From Phoronis australis (lineage: Eukaryota > Animalia > Phoronida), in NCBI GenBank assembly GCA_002633005.1, contig NMRA01000179.1:132254-196253 (forward strand): a stretch of DNA of 64,000 bases, written 5' to 3'. The position numbers and the translations under genes are program-made. The notes below the pieces were generated by a model that was given only the letters and a program-made list of their open reading frames with translations, made no database searches and had not been told where the DNA came from. Each line of letters opens with the position of its first letter. Position 1 is the first letter of the stretch. Shown piece after piece: positions 38,912 to 49,971 of this stretch.

Positions 38912-41629
38912 TTATTTAGAATCGTGCGGAGTCGGAGCATTTCGCTTCATAGTAATCTTTAGACCCACAATGAACATGACAAGAACTAAGCCACAAGAGG
39001 GCGCGCAAACAATCAGCGCAACTCTAATTTGATCGTAATCATCATTTTGGACAAACTGTTGAAGAAGCGGGTTTGTCTTCATTCTCTGTGACCGCTTGAA
39101 ACCAATGACATTGGCAGCTTGGCATGTGACGCCGTGTATTTCGTCTTTGTTGCTTTCCGTTGGCAGGTAGGCCACAGCAGAGGTACGTTGTAAGAGGCTA
39201 GCTGGCTCAAAGGCGAGGACTTGCCCATCAGCTGAGAAAAGTGTAATATTTGGCGCGGGATCAGCACGTGAAGAGCAGGAAACTACTACGTTTTTGTCAA
39301 GGAAAGTGAAATCGATGCCAGGCAGGGAAGGTGTTGAACAGTTTGAATCATTAATAAATGTCGTCACGTCCTCAGTCAGACCATCGAAAGTTTGGCACGT
39401 TGAAAAACTCACTTGGTTATTCATTATCCAAAATTTCAAATCTTTAAAGTTACAGCTGCACGGGACAGGGTTGTTATCAAATTTAACAGTCAATGTAGAC
39501 CCATTTTTAGCCAATTCTTCTTTGCACCATACAGGAAATGTGTCAATCAAGTTATTGCTAATGTCTAACATAGTTAGCGACCCAGCACGAGGCAAAATTT
39601 CACGTTCTAGGTTCTCTATTGAATTGGAGGACAGACGCAAAGTTCTAAGATTGAATAGGGAATAAAAATGCATACGCGATACATTTTTAATTCGGTTGCC
39701 GTTCAAAGACAGCGTCAGAAGGTTGCTCAACTTGGTAAATGCTGACGGCTCTATCGTCAAAATCTTATTGTTGTCTATATTAAGTATCTTCATATTGTCT
39801 AGCGTACCATTAAACATGCTTTTAGTGATTTTTGTCAATTGGTTATTGTTTAAGTTCAATTTCTCCAAAAGTGTCAGGTCATAAAAACTGTCTTCGTCAA
39901 TTTCTTTAATTAAGTTTGAAGCTACACTTAATGTTCTCAGCAAACTCAACTTTCGAAACATCGATGTATAGATCCGTTCGATTTTGTTGTTTTCTATCAA
40001 AAGAGTGTCTAGTCGCAAAAAATTCTGAAGAACTCCGCTCTGTATATTTCTAATCAAATTATTCTTTATATCCAAATGCAAAATGTTATCGAATCCTGCA
40101 AAAATGCCATTCATCAACTCCTGTACGTCATTGTTTTTAAAATGTAAATGGGTCAACGAAATACCGTTTACCCCACCAAACCCCATGCCGTCGTCTGCCT
40201 GAAAACGAGAGGTTATGACTCCACGAATTAGATTTATAACGCTGCCTTTGACGTGTTGTGCTATCCCTGCGGACATACTTAATTGGTGCCCGGACAGAGA
40301 ATATATTTTCACCTGTTTTCCATTGACAGTGTTTTTTAGTTTTCCTTCATTGCGCGCACGGACACCAATTGTTACTGTCTCAGAAGTTACATCTGGAACT
40401 TGAGATAATGATGACACGTCCAAAAAGACATTCGACAACTTAGTACAGTATCTCAACCCATTGCTTTCTAAATAAGAAAACCTTGTAAGCGAGACGTGGA
40501 GATCGAGCAACTCCGCCAATGGCTTGAAGTGCAAAACGGAAAGAGAGTTAATATTGTTACCAAGTAAGTTAAGATACTTTAGGCGTTGAAGATTGGCAAA
40601 AGCGTTCTCATGGACAGTGGTCATCATATTGTCGTTCAAGTACAGTTTCTCAAGTCTAAACAAACCGCGTAGAGTTTGACTTGTTAAGTTAGTCAGGATG
40701 TTGTGAGACAGGTCCAAATATGTCAAAGAGCGCAATTCTACCCACTCACATTCAATCAAAGAGATGGCGTTATTGGATAAATCAATTCTTTTAACTGACA
40801 CCAGTCCAGTCAACGTAAACTTTTCGATCTGTTCGAGCATGTTGTGAGCAAGATCAAGAACTGTTAATCTCTTCATGTGCTTGAAAGTACCTGACTCTAT
40901 GGTCGCTATCTCATTGTACGGGATACTCAATGTACCAAGCTGTTGTAGGCCAACAAATGCGGACGACTGGATCCTGTTTATACAGTTATGGCCCAAGCCC
41001 AAAGTTTGTAGAAGATTGCCGACATTCTTGAAGGGCGATCCGACAAGCCGACGAATGTTGTTTCGTTCTGCACCAAGGCCCATCATCCCATCACCATTAA
41101 AATCATCTTCTGTGAAGTTGTGGATTTGGTTACCTTCAATCAACAAAATGTAGGGGTTGGCCTTCCTGAGGACAGATGGGACGCGTGCGATAACATTCTG
41201 TCCAAAGTCAACCACTATTAACGATGGCGTGTGTGCAAATATGTTACCAACAATAGTAGCAATCCAGTTGTTGAAAAGATTCAACGTCGACAAATTCTCT
41301 AAGCCCATAAACGACAATTCGTTGAGTGTTCTTATCCTGTTGTAGGATAAATCCAAACGATTCATCCTTCGTAATTGATGAAACACTCCAAATGGTATAG
41401 AATTGATTGCGTTTCGTTTCAGCTTTACCTCTTCGATCGCGCTTGATTCTTCTACGGAGAAAGCGTCTCGGTCAATCTGTATTACTTCACAGCCATCCAA
41501 GTTGACCTGGGAGGAGCCATTGAAATGCTTAATGATCTTCTTCGACAAGACGAAAGTTGGTGTGCCAATGAAACAAGTTCGACACGGGACTACCAGCATC
41601 AGCACCAACACAAACCATCTTACAGGCAT
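38912..41629 (-). CDS. LRR + Ig-like single-pass transmembrane receptor, paralog A (~905 aa, single coding exon)
   Basis: Uninterrupted ORF; the track starts at a TTG (41635) and the first ATG is at 41629. It has a signal peptide (MPVRWFVLVLMLVVPC), two blocks of LxxLxLxxNxI repeats, LRRCT (NPVPCSC...C...C), an Ig-like segment (VSCSSRADPAP...VTCQAANVIG), a TM segment (VALIVCAPSCGLVLVMFIVGL) and a ~15-aa tail. Confidence 0.93.
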   Translation of the reverse strand: MPVRWFVLVLMLVVPCRTCFIGTPTFVLSKKIIKHFNGSSQVNLDGCEVIQIDRDAFSVEESSAIEEVKLKRNAINSIPFGVFHQLRRMNRLDLSYNRIRTLNELSFMGLENLSTLNLFNNWIATIVGNIFAHTPSLIVVDFGQNVIARVPSVLRKANPYILLIEGNQIHNFTEDDFNGDGMMGLGAERNNIRRLVGSPFKNVGNLLQTLGLGHNCINRIQSSAFVGLQQLGTLSIPYNEIATIESGTFKHMKRLTVLDLAHNMLEQIEKFTLTGLVSVKRIDLSNNAISLIECEWVELRSLTYLDLSHNILTNLTSQTLRGLFRLEKLYLNDNMMTTVHENAFANLQRLKYLNLLGNNINSLSVLHFKPLAELLDLHVSLTRFSYLESNGLRYCTKLSNVFLDVSSLSQVPDVTSETVTIGVRARNEGKLKNTVNGKQVKIYSLSGHQLSMSAGIAQHVKGSVINLIRGVITSRFQADDGMGFGGVNGISLTHLHFKNNDVQELMNGIFAGFDNILHLDIKNNLIRNIQSGVLQNFLRLDTLLIENNKIERIYTSMFRKLSLLRTLSVASNLIKEIDEDSFYDLTLLEKLNLNNNQLTKITKSMFNGTLDNMKILNIDNNKILTIEPSAFTKLSNLLTLSLNGNRIKNVSRMHFYSLFNLRTLRLSSNSIENLEREILPRAGSLTMLDISNNLIDTFPVWCKEELAKNGSTLTVKFDNNPVPCSCNFKDLKFWIMNNQVSFSTCQTFDGLTEDVTTFINDSNCSTPSLPGIDFTFLDKNVVVSCSSRADPAPNITLFSADGQVLAFEPASLLQRTSAVAYLPTESNKDEIHGVTCQAANVIGFKRSQRMKTNPLLQQFVQNDDYDQIRVALIVCAPSCGLVLVMFIVGLKITMKRNAPTPHDSK

Positions 41630-42108
41630 TGTCAAATCTCTTTGTTGCTTTTTCGCGCCAAGCGTCTACAGAGCGATGCCGTGTTACTGATGTCAACATC
41701 CAGTTAACAAGACACGAGAAACACAGCGGGGAGATACTGCGCTTAATCCAAACAGCAGAATATTGGCCAATCTGATGGCAAAACACAACTGCGCCTTGGG
41801 CCCTAAGGTCTTTCACACCAACATGTGGATCGATGGTATTGTTCCACAAATTACAAATTAGTTGAAATCACGGCTGCTTAATCTGCTGTAATCTGCTCGG
41901 TCTGTTATTTTCTGAAAAGTTGTCATCAGCTATTCTTTACGTGATTGTGCACTAGGTTGACTTTTTATCGATTCCGAGTGCATTAAAGCCTTCGATTTCA
42001 TCCCTCAATGGGTTAGACGACGTGGTCCAGATACTAATAATTTAATTCCCTTGTGTTTTGTAATCTTACATCAAATCATGAACTGAAATAGCAATGGCAA
42101 AATTTATC

Positions 42109-42219
42109 CCAGGTTGCGTAACCTTTAGAACTTATCCAGTGGATAATTTGCGTGACCTGTTCAACATTAGCATCATAATTTTGCTATCCAGCGTATAACT
42201 TTTATGCAACCTGGCCCAG
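42109..42219. mobile_element. Small palindromic MITE
   Basis: ccaggttgcgtaa...ttatgcaacctgg with internal ttatccagtggataa and tatccagcgtata palindromes. Confidence 0.55.
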
Positions 42220-43539
42220 GCCTGACTTTTAGTGTTCACCCTGTTGCCACTCTTCAGTCTGCTGTCGCCACCAATCGCCCCCCCCCACAAGGTTCTGTCA
42301 TATTAAGATCGACAACTTCGTTTAGTAACTTGGACTAAAACGTTTTAACGGTGCTTTTTGCTTCATCATTACTTACTTTGGTACCTGCGGTATTTGTATA
42401 CATGTACATGCTGTCACACAAATGCGTTTCTCAGTCTGTGATTGGCTAATGCTGTTGTTTTCAGCGCCCTCTATTTTTCAACATATGGAACAGTTTAATT
42501 CGCATGAACTTCGTTTTTACGGGAAATGTCCAAATTAAAGAGTGTAATTTTTAAAATAATCAATTGTACATACTTATTAAACAGAGAAGAAAGGAGTGAA
42601 TTGCCAGTTGAAAGTAGTCACGAAATTTTCTCGTTCAGCTCAGTATCCACTGACCACTGATGTGATCGACAGCGCGTTAGCCGCCAGCGTCTTCACTGAA
42701 TTAGTCACAAGTAACCGAGCCTACGCTAAACATTCACTGTAAATACATGTAATAAATGTTTCGACTTGGAATTCATTCCCACATTTTGCGTCTCGTGTTC
42801 GTGGTGTGAGTATTATCTGACAGCTTTAGTGCACCCCGTGGAGGGGAAGAAAGATGGTGTGGATTGTTGCGTGAACATGCGCGCACCCAGGGGGGGGGGG
42901 AGGGAGGGGGCGCAAAAGGTCTCCCTCGGAGAAAGAAACAAAAACTCCGAAAGAATAGAAATCGAGACAAATGTCCACTAAAATGGCAGGAACTACCAAA
43001 ATTCGGCGAATGCACAATTCTGGCTCTGAACATACATGTACCCCGTGAAGTTAGTAAAAGGTCATATTCTCAAAAATTTGAGCCCCTTCATTTTTAAGGT
43101 GGGTGCGCGCATGCTGAACTTTCGGTATGTTTTAAGTTTCACGGATTGATTTATGGATTGTTGGAAACATGTACTCTGCGTTGCACCAATAAACAGTTGC
43201 CATTCACTAATTCAGCGCCATTTATGTTTCCTCAACTAGCGTTCTTCTACACTACACCTTAATTTGATGTTTTTAACAATGTTCTTTTGAATGTTATGTA
43301 GGCACTACTTAGTTCTACCCCTGACGCCGTCGTGAATTCATAACAACGTGTAGAGCAAACGACCTGCCGATGTGCATGCAAAATTTGGGGGTCAACGGAC
43401 GCTCACCATTGCTGACGTTCATGTTTAAACTGATCAAGTGTGGTGCCCCCGCGTGCTCGTGATTTTGTTTTTTCATCCACGGTTGTTTTTTGCCTGAATC
43501 CTTTGTAGATCTCTGAAATATGAAGTGTTTTCCTGGAAA

Positions 43540-43855
43540 TGTTACTATTATGAACCCGTGCCTGGGTTTCTATAGTGTCTTACAATGTTATTTTACTTTT
43601 CTCCAATTCAAGCACATTCTAGAACCTTCCGGAACCTACTCAATCATTCTAAAATCTTACACTAGGCTTTACAATGTTCCAGACTACGGTTTAATTTTAA
43701 TCACTAATATACTGGAATCTATGATAATAAATGTCTATTATTGTATTGTAAACAAACTGCGTTATCATTGTCCTGACCTCATGGGTCAAGTGCTTTCTGC
43801 TAGTAATAAAATTTACAGAACAATAATCAGTACCCGTATACTTATGAGGGTGACA
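43540..43855. mobile_element. Possible solo LTR
   Basis: tgttac...gtgaca (TG..CA) ends and internal AATAAA motifs, but no clear target-site duplication. Confidence 0.3.
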
Positions 43856-45014
43856 ACGGATTTCCACGACTCTTTGTAGGGTTCTGACTAGTGGCCCCCT
43901 CTGCCACCGTATTTTCAGTGGTTTTCATGAAGTTTGCAATTCCTGTTATGACGATTACAGCATCTTTCCATTTTTGGGATGGAGTCAACATAATCTGCAG
44001 CGCATTCTAGCGGCCATTAAGGAAACATCGTGTTTCTTCGAGACAACCAGCCAGAGATTTAAGTGTTGCATAATTTCAAAGCTTGGATTAGTATCAATAA
44101 TCTCTTTGTTAACTTCTTTCCAATTTTGAGGGATTAAAATATTGATTACCTATTTGAATCAGCACTAATTAGTTGGAGCCAATACTTTTACACTTCACGG
44201 GCGCATTGCAGTATTGACAGATCCAATCTAAGCTGCATCAGTTTTGTAAGTCTCTAATTTGTGAAGAAGACCTCTCGCATCCTAAAACTGATGTCCACTA
44301 TAGCAACGTACTCTAAGATTAAAACTTATTAAAACGGTTATGGGAAAATAGAGAAATAGGAATTGCTTAAAACATACCTATGTTCGTTCGAATTTTCAAG
44401 GAAGTTATTCTTTGAGCAAAAAGAATATAAACTGTTATCCGAATTGTTCTTTATACTCTCAGAGATTTCTGGGTATCTGAAATGGATGAATGAAGCCACA
44501 ACAGCTACAGATATCCCACATTTTTATTAAAAAGAGAAAAGGAAATCGTTGAGGATAATGACCCGATGTTGGAACAATAAGGGTGCCTTGTTGGTGGTTA
44601 GTCGTGTCAATAATTTTCAATACAATGTTGTCCCCTGGTCCACCTCTATGGCACTATTGTGTGTTAGGATATATTTTCGCTAGTTAGGTTCATTATCGAC
44701 TAACTTACAAAATTTAAATTCCTTTGCAAAATTGTCATAAAACGTTCCAAAGTTGGTGCTGGGAAATACCAAAATATTTTTTGGGTTAAAGTACACTTAT
44801 ACAATTGTCTTTTAAAATTGACCAGGCAAACATTATACAAATACCATAGTGTACGTGAATTTCTGTATTTGGAAACGGAAGACTACTGGTTAACACCATT
44901 GATGTGCACGTATGCACTCACTTGACCAGTTTGTAAACAATCACCCGGTGGCGCGACTGTCTGGTTCACAAGTCAAACCCGGGATCCAACGCTTATCCCT
45001 GTAGCCCTACAGAC

Positions 45015-45165
45015 TCAACCCTAACCAACCACAGAACTTTTCTAATTACATGTATATCCCTACTACACGCAGGCCTAACCCTGGACCTTATTATAGGCTT
45101 AAGCCCTAAACCTACCTAACACTAACTCTATTCGTATCCCTAACACAAGGTCCAGCCTTAACCTT
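45015..45165. repeat. Degenerate CCCTAA (telomere-like) repeats
   Basis: Scattered ccctaa/cctaac/ctaac hexamers within ~150 bp. Confidence 0.5.
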
Positions 45166-46481
45166 AGAAAAGTAACTTTAGAAGAATCAAGACAGAAATT
45201 TGATCTTGCGTTTCACACAACTGTTTCTGAAAATATTTAAATCTCAACCGCTTTCATGTGTACGTGAGCCATGCTGTTTGTGAATTCTGAAAGGCTGGCT
45301 TCAAGGGCTTGTTTTACGAAAAGTGACTTTTAAAGACTTCAAAAAATTTGGTCTTCCCTTTGGCGCCTTCTTAGAAATATATAAATCTCATTTGAGCTAA
45401 AGTGCTGTCTCATACGTATATGCACATGACTGCTAGATAGTGAAATAATTTCTATAAATTGCTTCTAGACTGTGATACGCTCAGTAATTAATTGGCTCAA
45501 CATTTATTCAGCAATTGTGAACAAATTTCTGTAAAAGACTTAAAACACTTTCATGAGGCGTACCCCAGATTGCATGACACACTTCTGAGGGGAAATCTTG
45601 AGGCCACATTTATATATATGCAAGGTGTTCCGATTACAAAACAAGTCTGGCGCGAGAGCGAAAATAGTAAAAAATAGCCACAACGATTTCGCCAAAAGTC
45701 GTTTTTATGTGTATATTGCAGTCACTCTGTCCAGAGTCCGTTTGTCTGGCGTCTGCTGTTGTATCTCCTTGAGCCCTTGTACTGAGAAGAGCGCAACGGA
45801 CATTTTCGGACAGCTCCGGGTACTGTTGCGCCACCTAGAGGTAGTTTTTTGCGTCTGCGACTGTATCTCTTAAAAAGCCTTACATGATTTTTACGGAATG
45901 TAGTATTCCTACGAACGAGACAACAGATGCCGACTTTCGGACAGACTTGACCTACGCCTTGTCTTCTAGTGCCAATTTTATTTTGTACGTTTGTCTTTCA
46001 TCTCCGGAGTTCCTTGACGAATTTTTATGAAATTTGGAAAATAAGTAGTCAGTTTAGGATATGAACATGTAGGACCTTATCGACTTGTCGTGTATTTAGT
46101 CAAGTATGTACAAAACTGTACTTTTTAACTCAGTAGAAGTATGTATTTTCTGGAACTTGAAAGCCTAAGTTTGATATTTGACTATTTGTCAATCTGCTGT
46201 TATTTGTATCACGTGACCATATCTTTCTGGTAAAATTTAGCAAAAGAGAAAGGGGTAGCAACAGCAAAACAACGATATCAATAACATGACCAAATTTCGT
46301 TGGATATAAACTTTCAAGACGAAATCTTAAAAACGTTGTTACAGTTTTCTAAATTGTCATTTCTTTTGTAATTTAAGCAATTTTTTATAAAAAGTATAAA
46401 TATCATATTTTGATTGCACCTAATGCAAAAGTGAAGGTTTTAAGACCAATTCCTTATGGCGTGTTCGAGAACAGTGTATAA

Positions 46482-46637
46482 ATATAGATTATTGCATGGC
46501 GAAGTCGTTATCCCCCGTTATCTAGAGCCCGAGTGGATTTTGGAGAATTATCGCCTGAGGGACGTTAGCCCCGAGGGTGATAATTCTCCAAAATCCACGA
46601 GGGCTCTAGATAAGGGGGATAACGACTGAGAACATGT
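46482..46637 (+). mobile_element. HINE-like family 1, solo terminal hairpin
   Basis: Near-identical to 20821-20976 and stops after the hairpin. Confidence 0.85.
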
Positions 46638-46862
46638 ACAATTTAAAAATTAATGAACCACTATGCGAATTTTGTCGATCTAATTTGAGTCGGGATCAAG
46701 CGGAAGTCGCATTCTCACTCTCATTACTCGAGAGCGCCCATATGTGGCCGGACCTATTATTCTGGCTCCTCCTAGTGGGTGTTTTTTTTTTTTTGCGTCC
46801 GTGGCTAACGCCTTGAAGAATCTTTAGGAAACTTGGCATTCCTATGAAAGTGTCAAAGAATG

Positions 46863-47420
46863 TTAAAGACGCCTGGAACGAGAAAAACAGACCGAATTGC
46901 ATTTTTCAGTGGTTCTCTCCATTGAAACAAAACTCAATGGAAAATGTGTCCATTGACCTCCGATGTAAACAAAACAATGCCGACTTGAGCAGCAATCAGT
47001 CCGATTGAGAGATGTCACACCTAACTGTTTAACATTATTTTTAAACATATTGTTGCATTCCAAAGTGTACTTAGAACTATTTTTGGAAATTTGCTTACTT
47101 CAATGGCTGTGTTGTTGACCTCAGACTCGGAGTGGTATCGTGTATCATAATCTGCCGTTAATATCCATCTTGTTGTTCAGCTGTTTGTCGAATGACTTTG
47201 AGAGCATGTGCACCTTTATCCAAATGGGATAGAAATTAGAAACTCTATGGTGACAACAGAATTTTTCCTTGGCACACGTTCCAAAATCGTGAATTTTGCG
47301 GTTTTCTCTCGAAATTCCCTCACAGTACAAATTGAATAGCTCTGTGGTGGACGCGGTACTTTATTCAGGATTTGTTTAAAAGACATTTTTGACAGGGTTT
47401 CACGTTCCGTGCCGCTTTAA
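46863..47420. mobile_element. Kolobok-like family, copy 3, inserted into a tandem-repeat unit
   Basis: TTAA-agacgcctggaacgagaaaaac ... gtttcacgttccgtgccgct-TTAA. Removing it restores a unit resembling 45905-45975. Confidence 0.75.
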
Positions 47421-49971
47421 AGATCTTGGACAGATCTGGCTACCTACTGCGCCCCCTAGTGGTAATTTTAGTTGTTAAAGTTTTTCATTGTATTTTTGGA
47501 GTTCTGGGACGGATTTCCATAAACGTGGCTAATAGATATTCACCAGGGAGGCGTCATCACTCTCGTGTTTTCGAATGGACACGATATTTGCCATCGACCA
47601 CCTAGTGACCGTTTTTGTACTAGTTTCGAGTATGCTTTCTAGTGTTCGCTCCTTTACCCGAAAAAACTGCTCAAAGAATCATCAAGAAAATCGACAGAGA
47701 TTTTCATACTGGGAAGAGAATGGCTGTCTTTAGCCGTAATTTTAGACGGTTGCCCCAAGCGACATTGTTTGCTTCCACGACTGTACAGTGTATCTCCAAA
47801 ATCCCTTTCTGAACCCAGTCTTTGTGAAATTTGACAAGTGTACAACTATGAGTGTGACACCAGATGACGGCGTCTTCTAGAAGTATTTGACTACCTCTGT
47901 ACTCTCCTAGTAGCAAGTTTAATAATCTTTTACGTTTTCCTCTCTATTCTCAGACTTCCCTGGCGGATTTTCATGAACTTAGGCAAATAGGATTCTGTTA
48001 ATGACGCGATGACGCCTTCCCATCACTTTCCAACATATTTTAAACACCTTAGTTTCCATTTTCATAACTCTGAGTTGTTTTTTGGCATCCACCCCTTTGT
48101 CAGCCAAACCACTCCAAGGATCATTGTTAAATCTGGGATACGTTTTTCTACAGAGAAGAGTACGAATGAACAGGACCGAGTACTGTGGCGCTCCCTAGTG
48201 ACAATTTTGATTTTTCGCATGTAGTTCAACTTGAGATGTTTCACGCTCCATGCTGGATCTTCGGTATACGCACCTTTTTGGGATAATACCACTGACCTGG
48301 GATTTATGATAACTTCAGCTTCTACAGAATTCCCGGTGTCAATTTTGATTGCTGATGGAACTTATTTTATTTTGATTTGTATGCGAAATTTATCTGTCCT
48401 TCAAAATAAGCAAGTGCATGGTTTAAACATTTTCATAAAAACATTCACATTTGTTCCAAATCCAAAAAATGTCATGTAACAAGAAAACGAGACATATTTT
48501 GTTAGTTACTTAGGAAACGAAAACAACGAAATGTGGATAGAGTTTTTATTTCACGTTGACGTTAATTTCTAGATTTTCCACCGTAAGGTCAATATGCGTG
48601 ACAAACCAGGTTCACAAACAAGTCAATTCCAGAACCAGCTCTCTTTTCACGTAGAACACACAAACAGGGTTTTGTCACAGCCAATGATATACAGTGTATA
48701 TGACCCCATAATAATATGCGCGACGATTAACATTTGAAAGAGACAGAGATGACGTGGTTTTTCAGGATCTATGTATATTTTACATTTTTCCAGAGATGCC
48801 TTTGTTTAAGTGTCTGTAACGGTAAAACTAATTTGGTCGCTCCCATAGATTCTTTTAGATTTCTAGTGAGCAAGCACGAAAGTACAAAATTTGAAAATTA
48901 AAAAAATCTGCGAGTATGTATGAAAATCGACAACCGAGAACATACATGTAGTCGTGCGTTTAATGAATTGTGTCTTCTGCCATTCACGTGGACATACAGT
49001 ATAGGTAGAATTGTCCCTTCGCTGTACACCGTACACAAATAAACCATTTCTTGAATATGGTGCATGCACGCGGACAACTTTCTTAGATACCCGTTACATG
49101 TAAAATTATATAACTAAGATGCGCTTAGGTGAAAAAGGTCAAATTGCTCAGAATTTTATATTTCATTTTGCTTGTTCAGCATGTAAAATAGTTGTTATTA
49201 CACAGGTGAATAATTATGTAATTGGATACGTTAGGGCTTCAGAGAGAAACAAAGTTTTTACTGAGACTGTGTCGACTGTCCTTCTCATTTCCGGAACATC
49301 TATCAATTTACATATTGCACTTTTCATAAGCACGTGACGAATAACTATCTTATCGTCTAGTGGTCGACAACGTTTCGAAGCAAAAAACAGTTCGCACGCG
49401 ATATTACAACATTGTAGTTTCTTTCGCAATTTTCAGTAAAACTGATGAAATTTTAAGTATTTCAGGAAGTTCTATGTGTCGAAAACCAATTAAAAATATT
49501 GCTGAGATAAAACGCTTTTTTTCTGAAGAAGGAGATCCATGATAATCACTATTCTAAATTTCGGCGCCGACCAGAAAATAATACGGGATACGTTGAAACT
49601 TTGACGAATTCAACTTTGGAAGGTTGTCTCACACGAGACAAAAATTTTGTCTCTTGTGAAACAACGTGACTTCCCTGCGAGCGCTGTTTAGGTAACACGA
49701 CTGTTACATTCGGACCTCACTAAATGGCGAAGGTTGAATGTACATGTAATGTAGTGATTTTGTGGCGATCGCCAAAATAAGGCAAGTTGACACTTTTTTG
49801 TTTTCTATGGTTATACTGTGCTCGGAATGAGACTAATAAATTTTATCTGAATCGTTTCATTTTTTTCTCAGCACATAAGACATTTGTTTCTGATCCGCCG
49901 ATATAGCGCTCAGACTTTGGTGTGTTCAGGTCTAGCGTCTCGCATTCGCAGTATACATACAGGTGTAGGTT

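Larger units (their letters stand above)
45780..48230. repeat. Degenerate ~140-150-bp tandem array, interrupted by two insertions
   Basis: A cctag-type core recurs at ~45835, 45966, 46770, 47455, 47601, 47755, 47906, 48047 and 48195, in most units followed by an atttt-tgaa-tt-like block. Confidence 0.6.

Noticed and set aside
39079-41849. Short ORFs overlapping LRR gene A (likewise those over gene B and SIK)
   Set aside because: They are antisense or alternate-frame shadows of the real CDS with no recognisable motifs.
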